64,000 nucleotides of DNA from the IMG/VR virus record IMGVR_UViG_3300000301_000004, one strand, 5' to 3'. The translations under genes and the position numbers were made by a program. Origin of the DNA: an uncultured virus (IMG/VR IMGVR_UViG_3300000301_000004) (taxonomy: Duplodnaviria; Heunggongvirae; Uroviricota; Caudoviricetes). Shown here piece by piece: positions 8,576-17,028 of this stretch. The stretch's first letter is position 1; every line of letters begins with the position of its first letter. The notes under the pieces are model-generated. The model had not been told where the DNA came from and searched no databases. It worked only from the letters and a program-made list of their open reading frames with translations.

Positions 8576-10246
8576 GTGATTAGAATTAATGTGAAAGAAT
8601 CTAAAAAATTTAAAGATTTTCAATACTGTTTATTTATTAAATGCAGTTTTGATATTGATATTGTAAGTAAATTTAGAAAATTAGAATTTAGATATTTTCA
8701 TGTAAATTCTGATTGTTGGGAAATTGCTCCTATACATTTACAAGCAGTGAAAAATATTTTAATTAATCAAGAATACCAAATAATTGGTGAAGAATTATTG
8801 CAAAATGATCTTGGAGATTTTACATTTAAAACAAAGCCTTATCAATATCAGATAGAAGGTGTTAAATATGGTATTGATAAAAGACATTGGCATTTAGGTG
8901 ATGAACAAGGTCTTGGTAAAACAAAGCAAATAATTGATTTAGCCAGATATCTGAAGGAAATACAAGGTGTAGAGCATTGCCTTGTTATTTGTGGTGTAGC
9001 TTCACTACGTTGGAACTGGCGTGATGAAATTGAAACACATAGTGATGAAACTTATAAATTATTAGGTTTTCGTTCTAGAAAAAGAAGTAATAAATTATAT
9101 GATGGTGGAACAAAAGCTAAATTAGAAGATTTAGAAGAAGTTCCGGAAGAATTTTTCTGGATTATAAATATAGAAGCATTTCGGGAAGAAGCTATTGTTA
9201 AATTACTAAAAAAATATCATGAGAATGGAACTATAGGAGCTATTTTCATTGATGAAGTTCATAAGGTTAAGAATCCACTCTCTGCACAGGGAAAAGGATT
9301 CATTAAGGTGATGAATACCAAAAACAAAAATGATTATCGTGTAACAATGAGTGGTACACCATTAGTTAATCAACCTATGGATTTATTTATTATCTTTAAA
9401 TCATTAGGTTATGAAGAAAATAGTTATACAGCCTTTAAAAATCATTATTGTATTTTTGGTGGGTATATGGATCGTGAAATAGTTGGATATCGAAATTTGC
9501 AAGAATTAAAAACAAGATTGAAAAATATTCAATTAAGACGATTAAAAGAAGATGTTTTAGAATTACCACAAAAATTTCCACAAACAGTTTATGTTGATAT
9601 GTATAAAGAGCAAGAACCTTTATACAAAGAAGTATTAGCTGGATTGCAAGATAAAATTGATTTAATAATGTTAAGTCCAAATCCATTAGCACAATTTACA
9701 AGATTAAGACAGGTTGTCGGAACTCCGCAGCTAGTAAGCTCTACAGTTCAAAAATCTGCTAAATTAGATAAATTAGTAGAACTGGTGGACGAAATTGCCA
9801 GTAGAGGGGAACAATGCCTTATATTTAGTAATTGGGCTGAGGTAGTGCAGATAATAGTTGATATCCTAAAACCTTACAATGCTATGGGGTATCTTGCCAA
9901 AAATAAAAACCTAAAGGACACAGAAAATGCCTTTAAGTCAGACAAAAACAAAGTTGCTTTAGTTGGTACTATAAAATTAATGGGTACTGGCTTAACTTTC
10001 AATAATTCAAATAATGTAATATTTTTTGATAGTCCTTGGACTGGTGCAGATAAACAGCAATGTATTGATAGATGTCATCGTATTGGTCAAACAAATGATT
10101 TGAATATTTATTCTCTTGTTTGTGCCAATTCAATAGATGAAAAGGTCGAGATGATTGTTCGGCGTAAAGAATTATTATCACAAGGTATTGTTGATAGTGG
10201 TAATATTATTCGTATGCAGGAAATCATTAATATGTTACTTTATTAA
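8576..10246 (+). CDS. SNF2-family helicase
   Basis: DEQGLGKT, DEVH, SGTP, QCIDRCHRIGQ. Confidence 0.92.
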   Translation: MIRINVKESKKFKDFQYCLFIKCSFDIDIVSKFRKLEFRYFHVNSDCWEIAPIHLQAVKNILINQEYQIIGEELLQNDLGDFTFKTKPYQYQIEGVKYGIDKRHWHLGDEQGLGKTKQIIDLARYLKEIQGVEHCLVICGVASLRWNWRDEIETHSDETYKLLGFRSRKRSNKLYDGGTKAKLEDLEEVPEEFFWIINIEAFREEAIVKLLKKYHENGTIGAIFIDEVHKVKNPLSAQGKGFIKVMNTKNKNDYRVTMSGTPLVNQPMDLFIIFKSLGYEENSYTAFKNHYCIFGGYMDREIVGYRNLQELKTRLKNIQLRRLKEDVLELPQKFPQTVYVDMYKEQEPLYKEVLAGLQDKIDLIMLSPNPLAQFTRLRQVVGTPQLVSSTVQKSAKLDKLVELVDEIASRGEQCLIFSNWAEVVQIIVDILKPYNAMGYLAKNKNLKDTENAFKSDKNKVALVGTIKLMGTGLTFNNSNNVIFFDSPWTGADKQQCIDRCHRIGQTNDLNIYSLVCANSIDEKVEMIVRRKELLSQGIVDSGNIIRMQEIINMLLY

Positions 10247-10257
10247 GGAGGGATAAT

Positions 10258-10542
10258 GTGTCAAGAAGTCGTAGAAAGAAAAGAAGAGGTTTTAAACCTA
10301 AAAGCACAGATTGCAATTTATGCTTTTTTGAAGATACTTGCAATCAAAAGACGGCTAAAATTTGCAATTCTTTTGTTCCAGCCGATAATTCTTTACCAAA
10401 AGCTAAAGAATCTGAAAATTCTATGGTAAACAATTATTTGTGTAATGATATTGGAGCTCCTGTATCTTCAAGTGAATACGTAGCGCTTATTATTTTTGCT
10501 GTATTATTAATTGTTGGCTGTGCTTATTTAGTTTGGAGGTAA
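10258..10542 (+). CDS. Hypothetical Cys-containing protein with C-terminal TM
   Basis: RBS, ORF track. Confidence 0.6.
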   Translation: MSRSRRKKRRGFKPKSTDCNLCFFEDTCNQKTAKICNSFVPADNSLPKAKESENSMVNNYLCNDIGAPVSSSEYVALIIFAVLLIVGCAYLVWR

Positions 10543-10546
10543 TAAA

Positions 10547-10906
10547 ATGAACAAAATAATAAAAGAATTAATTAGTGTACATAAAGAAGAAAGCATTCTT
10601 AGTAAAAAACTTAAAAAGTTAAAAGAAGATGTTCGTGCTTATATGCAAAAAAATAATGTATCTTCAATAACTGTTGATGATGGCGAAGTAATAATTAAAG
10701 AAGTTGAACAAACAAGTTTCGATGAAGATAGATTAATAACATGGCTTGAAGAAAATCATCCAGAATGTCTAACAGTTAAAACAGTTATTGATTATGATAT
10801 GTTAGATAAAGTAGCTTTTGAGGATAAAAAACTTCCACAAGAATTAATTGCTTTTCAAGTAGTTAAAAAATCACAAAGGATGGATGTTAAATATGTCAAA
10901 GATTAA
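10547..10906 (+). CDS. Hypothetical protein (Gam/Gp157-like size and pattern)
   Basis: RBS; N-terminal coiled coil. Confidence 0.55.
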   Translation: MNKIIKELISVHKEESILSKKLKKLKEDVRAYMQKNNVSSITVDDGEVIIKEVEQTSFDEDRLITWLEENHPECLTVKTVIDYDMLDKVAFEDKKLPQELIAFQVVKKSQRMDVKYVKD

Positions 10907-11096
10907 AGAAATCACAGTTTCCAGTAAAAGAAGTTGTCAGATACAGGGTGAATTTTTTACTTTTGAAGCCAGTGAGTTGATTAGCCTAGAAACTGACGAC
11001 AATATAGATGAAGTAAGGCAGAAAGCCTGGAGTCGTGTAAATGATGAAGTAGATAATCAAATTATTGAAACAAGTAAGATGTTCGGTGGCAGATAA
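10893..11096 (+). CDS. Hypothetical protein
   Basis: ORF track. Confidence 0.6.
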   Translation: MSKIKEITVSSKRSCQIQGEFFTFEASELISLETDDNIDEVRQKAWSRVNDEVDNQIIETSKMFGGR

Positions 11097-11113
11097 AAAT
11101 TTTTTACGAAGTA

Positions 11114-11291
11114 TTGACAGCTTGTAATGGTTGTGGTATTATAATAACAGAAGCGGGAAATAGCTTGGCGGTCGGTTCCCGGATATGTTCAGGAGTAACT
11201 CCAAAAAGTATTTGCCGCTTTTTAACCCTCATTTTTGTTTATTTGTCAGGCTAAAGCCCCCTATGACCGCCAATCATATAGGGGGCTTTTC
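11114..11291 (+). promoter_or_regulatory. Promoter and structured leader with terminator (attenuator-like) upstream of replication operon
   Basis: TTGACA-17-TATTAT; terminator aaagccccctatga...tcatatagggggctttt; loop gaccgccaa complementary to ttggcggtc at 11165. Confidence 0.65.
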
Positions 11292-11312
11292 CTGTTATAA
11301 GGAGGATTTATT

Positions 11313-11612
11313 ATGTTGAAAAAAGTATTGTTAATGAGTATGGCTTTATTAGTGGGTATCAACACCGTTAATGCCTGCGAGGTAGAACACAGGGGGGCTA
11401 ATAATAAAGGGGAGATCATTACAGACTTCAAGCCCTGTATGCAAGATAGTTGCCCAATTTATAAAAAATATAGAGAGTTAGAGATTATTATTGAAATTGA
11501 ATTGCAAGAAAAAATGTCTGATGAACAAGTTGCTACAAAAGCAGCTAGACAGGATTTTATAAAAGCTAATACTAGAAGAATTGATAAACCGACAAAAATT
11601 GTATATAAATAA
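11313..11612 (+). CDS. Putative exported protein
   Basis: Signal peptide MLKKVLLMSMALLVGINTVNA. Confidence 0.65.
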   Translation: MLKKVLLMSMALLVGINTVNACEVEHRGANNKGEIITDFKPCMQDSCPIYKKYRELEIIIEIELQEKMSDEQVATKAARQDFIKANTRRIDKPTKIVYK

Positions 11613-11630
11613 AAGAATTGAGGAAAAATT

Positions 11631-12410
11631 ATGAAAGATTTCTACTATACAGTACACGAATGGATGTTTAAAGACCTTAAATTAAGTGGTTCGGAGCTAA
11701 CAATTTATGCTGTAATTTATAGATATGCAAATGTTGAAAATCAGTATTTTACAATGACTATTAGAAGTCTTGCCGAACATTTAAATTTATCAAATGCAAC
11801 AGTTCAGAAATGTATAAATTCTTTGGTCGAGAAAGATTTGATTCTAAAAAAACAGTCAATGCACGAAAATGGTATTGGACTAAAAAATGCGTATGCTATT
11901 AATTTTGACGTGTTCCAGAAAGTAGAACAACGTGTTCCAGAAAGTAGAACACAAGAAAATAATAAATATAATAATACTAGACAATTAGACAATAAGAATA
12001 ATATACCAAATAGCAATATAGATAATAAACTAGGGGGTATAAGGGGGGTACGTGCTAAAACAAGCAAAGAAAATAATTTTTCGCGGTTTGATAAGCAGTT
12101 GGACGCTTTTCTTTTAGAAAATTTTTCAATAAAGAATGACAGGACTGTATTAAAAGCTTGTTTGAGTTCATATCTAAAATATCGATTAAAATTTAAATTA
12201 GAGCCAGAACAATGGCAGGCAATTTTAAATAGCCTTAAGGGCAGATCTTTTACAGAAGTATATTCAAGAGTTCAAACAGCCCTTGCGGCAGGATATAAAG
12301 TTTTAGTGCCTGTGTGGGAATTGCAACGTAAAGATAAGCCTATTGATAATATCCAACAAACTCCGGAAGATGATGGATTAGATCACACTATTATTGACAA
12401 GGTGTATTGA
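11631..12410 (+). CDS. Replication initiator (N-terminal wHTH)
   Basis: LKLSGSELTIYAVIY...LAEHLNLSNATVQKCINSLVEKDLI; internal tandem repeat; upstream of DnaC-like gene. Confidence 0.75.
   Translation: MKDFYYTVHEWMFKDLKLSGSELTIYAVIYRYANVENQYFTMTIRSLAEHLNLSNATVQKCINSLVEKDLILKKQSMHENGIGLKNAYAINFDVFQKVEQRVPESRTQENNKYNNTRQLDNKNNIPNSNIDNKLGGIRGVRAKTSKENNFSRFDKQLDAFLLENFSIKNDRTVLKACLSSYLKYRLKFKLEPEQWQAILNSLKGRSFTEVYSRVQTALAAGYKVLVPVWELQRKDKPIDNIQQTPEDDGLDHTIIDKVY
11908..11951. repeat. 2 x 22-bp tandem repeat (putative iterons)
   Basis: acgtgttccagaaagtagaaca twice, followed by A-rich tract. Confidence 0.75.
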
Positions 12411-13093
12411 TTATGTATGAGTATAAATTTGATCGTGAAAAATGCTGGTTTAAAGATGTTTGTGGCAAGTACAAAACAACTGACTGTTGTGCTAGTTGTT
12501 TAAGATTTATGGAATTTGATTTTTTAATTTATACTAGCCGTATTCCAAAAGTATATCAGAAATCTGTAAATTTAAAACCTGATAGTTGTGATTATGATAG
12601 TTTTGAATATCTTAATGATTTAAAGCAGGATATTATTAATTTTGTGGCGGCGGGTGAAAACTTGTTTATTCACAGCTGCTTTACTGGAAATGGGAAAACT
12701 ACATGGGCAACAAAATTTCTCCTGCGATACTTTAGTGAAATCTGGCTAGGTAACGGATTTAAACCTCGGGGACTGTTCCTTTCTACACAAAATTTACTGT
12801 TTTCCATAAAACAATCCTTTAATTCAGCAAATAATGTACAAGATTTATTAGATTTAATTCCTGTTGTTGATTTAGTAGTTTGGGATGATGTTGCAGTTTC
12901 AGGATTAAGCGCTTTTGAACAAAATACTTTATATGATTTTATTAATTCAAGAATGAATATGGGACTTGCTAATATTTTTACAAGTAATGTTTCTGATAAA
13001 GATTTAGAAAAACAGGTTGGTAAACGCTTATCCAGTCGAATTTTGAGTGGAGATATTGTTGCTTTGCGTGGAAAGGATAGACGTCGTGGTTAA
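12407..13093 (+). CDS. DnaC/IstB-like helicase loader ATPase
   Basis: TGNGKTT, LVVWDD, IFTSN, RLSSRI. Confidence 0.85.
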   Translation: MIMYEYKFDREKCWFKDVCGKYKTTDCCASCLRFMEFDFLIYTSRIPKVYQKSVNLKPDSCDYDSFEYLNDLKQDIINFVAAGENLFIHSCFTGNGKTTWATKFLLRYFSEIWLGNGFKPRGLFLSTQNLLFSIKQSFNSANNVQDLLDLIPVVDLVVWDDVAVSGLSAFEQNTLYDFINSRMNMGLANIFTSNVSDKDLEKQVGKRLSSRILSGDIVALRGKDRRRG

Positions 13094-14372
13094 ACTTCAA
13101 ATTTTAAGCAAATGTTTAAATACAGGAAGTTTTGATATTGTTACACAAAACAACCTAACAGAAGATTATTTTTTAGAATACGAAGAAGAGTTTAATTTTA
13201 TTCGTAGACATGTTAGTCTTTATGGCAAAGTTCCGGATAAAGAAACAATGCTTCAAAATTTTCCAGATTTCCCAATTACAGAAGTTAAAGAAACAGACGA
13301 CTTTTTAATTAGCACTCTAAGAGAAGAATATTTATATTCACAGATGGTTTCTGTAGTGCAGGAAACAGCAGATAAAATGCGGGACGATTCAAGGGAAGCT
13401 TTGAATTATTTATCTGCGCAGGTAGTTGCATTAAATAGTCAAAATATTGTTGGTGGCTCTAATATAGTTAAAAAAGCAAAAGAAAGATTAGAATTACACC
13501 AACAAAAAAAGGAATTTGGAACAAATTATATCAAAACCGGATTTCCTGAACTCGACGAAGTAATATATGGATTAGAGCCAGGAAACGAATTATTGACTGT
13601 AGCAGGAAGACCTAATCAGGGTAAAACGTGGATATTATTGAAAATGTTAGTAGAGGCATGGAAACAGGGCAAGCGTGTTGCTATGTACAGCGGCGAAATG
13701 AATGATATGCAAATTGGGTATCGTTTTGATACTTTATTAGCCAATTTTTCGAATAAAGCTCTTGTTATTGGTGAAAATGTTTCAGGTTATGAAGATTTTA
13801 TTGATAAAACACAGAAAAATATGTTGCCTTTTTATGTTTTTACACCGAAAAGTTTTGGTGGTAGGGCAACCGTATCCTCTATACAATCAATGATAACGGC
13901 TTGTAAGGCTGATATTATTGGTATTGACCAATACAGTTTAATGGACGATGAAACATATCGTCGAGGAAAAAGTAAAACAGAACAATTATTTAGTATAACT
14001 GAAGGTTTAATGCGTTTATCAGAAAGATATGATATTCCAATAATCGGATTATCCCAATTAAATCGTGATGGCGATATTCGTAAAGATAACGTTCAAGACG
14101 ATCCAGACTTAACTAATTTAGCCGATAGCGATAGTATTGGCCAAAATAGTTCAAAGGTATTGTTTATTAGGCAAACAGGCGCTGGCTTAAAATTATCTTT
14201 GACTAAAAATAGAACTGGTGCTGTAGGAGTAAATCTGATTTATTTTTGGGATATCGATAAAGGGCGTTTTGTTTATGTGCCAAGTGCAACGGATTCAGTA
14301 GCTCCGCAGGAACGACAAAAAGTCGAAGAAACACAACGTAAAAAATATAAAGATAGAAAAGAGGTCTTTTAA
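13086..14372 (+). CDS. dnaB: Replicative DnaB-like helicase
   Basis: TGFPELD, GRPNQGKT, SGEM, IDQYSLM, SQLNR, KNRTG. Confidence 0.92.
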   Translation: MVKLQILSKCLNTGSFDIVTQNNLTEDYFLEYEEEFNFIRRHVSLYGKVPDKETMLQNFPDFPITEVKETDDFLISTLREEYLYSQMVSVVQETADKMRDDSREALNYLSAQVVALNSQNIVGGSNIVKKAKERLELHQQKKEFGTNYIKTGFPELDEVIYGLEPGNELLTVAGRPNQGKTWILLKMLVEAWKQGKRVAMYSGEMNDMQIGYRFDTLLANFSNKALVIGENVSGYEDFIDKTQKNMLPFYVFTPKSFGGRATVSSIQSMITACKADIIGIDQYSLMDDETYRRGKSKTEQLFSITEGLMRLSERYDIPIIGLSQLNRDGDIRKDNVQDDPDLTNLADSDSIGQNSSKVLFIRQTGAGLKLSLTKNRTGAVGVNLIYFWDIDKGRFVYVPSATDSVAPQERQKVEETQRKKYKDRKEVF

Positions 14373-15382
14373 TGTTTACAATTCGAGGCAAAGCTTTATT
14401 AGAAGACGATGTTTCTATTTTGCAATTTTTACAATCACAGATAGAAGAACAATTAGGTATTAGTTTGTTTGGTCGGTTTATAGTAACAGATTCAAATATA
14501 CAAATTTGTTGTCCGGTGCATAATAATGGGCAAGAAAAAAGGCCTTCTTGTGGTATATCAAGAGTTGATAAAATAATAAATGGTAAAAAAATTCCAGCCG
14601 GGACTGTACATTGTTTTACATGTGGCTATACTGCAACACTACCTGAAATGATTAGTTATATTTATGGATATGATGATTCGGGTGCATATGGTACAAAGTG
14701 GCTAATAAAGAATTTTTTATCTATAGATATAGAAGATAGAAAACCTTTAGATTTAAAATTGAGTAGAAACAGTAATCATTCAGAACAACAATATGTTCCG
14801 GAAAAACAATTAGATAGATATCGTTATTATCATGATTATATGTTTAAACGAGGTCTTACTGAAGAACTTATTGAAAAATACGATATTGGTTATGACCCTA
14901 AATTTAAGTTAAAGAAAAATGAAAATACCTTTCCCTGCATAACATTCCCTGTAAGGGATATGCAGGGCAGAACTCTGTTTATTGCACGAAGGGCAATACA
15001 TTTCAAGCTTTACCATTATCCGGAAAACGTGTTTAAACCATTATATGGTGTGTATGAATTGGATTATAGTCAAGATACATTATATGTGTGTGAGAGTATA
15101 ATAAATGCTATAACGGCTGTTAAATATGGTGTAGCCGCTATAGCATTATTAGGTACAGGAACGCCAGAACAATTTAATTTAATTAAAAAACTTCCTTTTA
15201 GAAAAATAGTAGCCGCTTTTGATGGAGATGAAGCTGGAGATAAAGGCGCTAAGAGATTAATTAAAGTTATTGATAATAAATTGGTTAAATCTTTAGTAGT
15301 TCCAAGAGGTAAAGATATTAATGATTTATCTGAGCAGGAATTTAAAAATTGCCCTGAAATTTTTTTATCCAAAAAGTATTGA
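14372..15382 (+). CDS. dnaG: DNA primase (Zn finger + TOPRIM)
   Basis: CPVH...HCFTC; VCESIINA; FDGDEAG; KDIND. Confidence 0.9.
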   Translation: MFTIRGKALLEDDVSILQFLQSQIEEQLGISLFGRFIVTDSNIQICCPVHNNGQEKRPSCGISRVDKIINGKKIPAGTVHCFTCGYTATLPEMISYIYGYDDSGAYGTKWLIKNFLSIDIEDRKPLDLKLSRNSNHSEQQYVPEKQLDRYRYYHDYMFKRGLTEELIEKYDIGYDPKFKLKKNENTFPCITFPVRDMQGRTLFIARRAIHFKLYHYPENVFKPLYGVYELDYSQDTLYVCESIINAITAVKYGVAAIALLGTGTPEQFNLIKKLPFRKIVAAFDGDEAGDKGAKRLIKVIDNKLVKSLVVPRGKDINDLSEQEFKNCPEIFLSKKY

Positions 15383-15459
15383 CTTTTGAATTTACGAAGG
15401 GTATAATGTAATTGAAGGTGAAAACCTTACAAAATTTATTTAGAAAGTGTGGTAGTATT

Positions 15460-16368
15460 ATGAAAGTAATTTGCACAAGAAACAACGCAGAATTTGAATT
15501 GGTTAGCAAAGATGGAGATGACATCACTTTAAAAGATTTGAACTCCGGTAAAGAAAGAATTGTTAATCGCAAATCTTATGAACGCTTTTACAAGGAAGTT
15601 GAGGAAGAAGTAGTTGAGGAAGTCGAAGATCTTGAAGAAGAAGAAACTGAAGAGGAAGTTGACAAGGAAGCTTCTGAGGATTCTGAGGAAGAAGAAGTCG
15701 AAGATGCGGATGAAGACGCTGTTGAGGACTGCGAAGAAGAGGATGAAGAATTTGAGGAAGAACCTGAACCAGTAAAACCTGTAAAACGTGGTACTAAGAA
15801 AGCTGAAGCTAAAAAAGAACCAAAACCTAAAAAAGAGAAAAAAATAAAAGAGCCTAAAGCTCCACGTCAAATTTCTCCTTTGAAAGATGTTGTTGAAACT
15901 ATTGTTAAAGCCGCTGGTTGCACAATTTTTGTAACTCGTGTTAAAGGTTTCCACACCATTAAACTTGATGGTCATATGTGCATGGCCTTTACTTTTAGCA
16001 CTAAAGGAATTGTATTGTGGCTTCGTACTAAAGCTCTTGATGGCCTGAATATTGAATATAAAACTATGAAGCATATGTTTGATGCTCGTATTTCTTTAAC
16101 AGAGGATAATGAGAAAACTGCAAATCTTATCCGTAAATGTGTAGCTGCTTCTGTTGAATATCAAAAAGGTGTAAATACTCGTAAGGCTCAAAAGGCAGAG
16201 GCATTAGAGGCCGCACGCCAGAAAAAATTGGAAAAAGAAGAACAAAAGAAAAAAGAAGCAATTGCTGAAAAATTGGGTGTAAAACCTAAAAAGGCTGCAA
16301 AAAAAGCATCTAAAAAAGTAGAAACTCCAGAAGTTGAGGCAGAGGCATTAGAGGACGAGGAGGAATAA
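15460..16368 (+). CDS. Hypothetical protein with long acidic tract and Lys-rich tracts
   Basis: Own promoter TTGACT-17-TATAAT at 15379-15407; E/D run then KPKK/KKAAKK repeats. Confidence 0.75.
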   Translation: MKVICTRNNAEFELVSKDGDDITLKDLNSGKERIVNRKSYERFYKEVEEEVVEEVEDLEEEETEEEVDKEASEDSEEEEVEDADEDAVEDCEEEDEEFEEEPEPVKPVKRGTKKAEAKKEPKPKKEKKIKEPKAPRQISPLKDVVETIVKAAGCTIFVTRVKGFHTIKLDGHMCMAFTFSTKGIVLWLRTKALDGLNIEYKTMKHMFDARISLTEDNEKTANLIRKCVAASVEYQKGVNTRKAQKAEALEAARQKKLEKEEQKKKEAIAEKLGVKPKKAAKKASKKVETPEVEAEALEDEEE

Positions 16369-16371
16369 AAC

Positions 16372-17028
16372 ATGGCACGAGTTCGATATGATGAAGTAGA
16401 CCAATATACTACAAGTACAACTAATTTTTTTCAACTTAAAGAAGATCGCGATGTTGCTACAGTAAGAATTTTGTATAATAATGTTGACGATATTGAAGCT
16501 CATTCACTTCATCGTGTCAAAATTAATGGCCGAGATAAATGGGTTGAATGCCTAAGACAGATTAATGATTCTGTGGAAGTTTGTCCGTTATGTGCTTCTG
16601 GAAATAAAATTCAATTACGGGTTTTTGTTCCATTATATATAGAAGATGATGGTTCTGTTAAATTATGGGAACGTGGTAAAAAGTTTATCGATAAGCTCAC
16701 AAGTTTATGTGCGCGTTATAATCCTTTATGCTCACAATCAATTGAAATTGAACGTAATGGAGCAAAAGGAGAACAAACTACTGAATATCTTTTGTTTCCA
16801 ATAAAAGGTGACGATAAAACATTGGAAGATTTTCCAGAAGTTCCAGAAGTTCCGGAAACATTCTTATTAAATAAAACAGCAGAAGAACTGGATGAATTTT
16901 TAGATACTGGTAAAATGCCAGGATTGGAAGAACAATCCCAAAGAAGAAATCCTGCCACAGATGAAGGGGTTAAAAGACGTACACCTGCAGAACCTAAAGC
17001 TCGACGTAATCGTAGAGAAAGCTTCTAA
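16372..17028 (+). CDS. Single-stranded DNA-binding protein (gp32-like)
   Basis: FFQLK..D.ATVR, H...C...CPLC Zn site, VKLWERG; upstream of polymerase. Confidence 0.75.
   Translation: MARVRYDEVDQYTTSTTNFFQLKEDRDVATVRILYNNVDDIEAHSLHRVKINGRDKWVECLRQINDSVEVCPLCASGNKIQLRVFVPLYIEDDGSVKLWERGKKFIDKLTSLCARYNPLCSQSIEIERNGAKGEQTTEYLLFPIKGDDKTLEDFPEVPEVPETFLLNKTAEELDEFLDTGKMPGLEEQSQRRNPATDEGVKRRTPAEPKARRNRRESF

Noticed and set aside
15529..16074. 181-aa Phe-rich minus-strand ORF, and similar antisense ORFs throughout
   Set aside because: Mirror of GAA/AAA-rich sense codons; no RBS or promoter support
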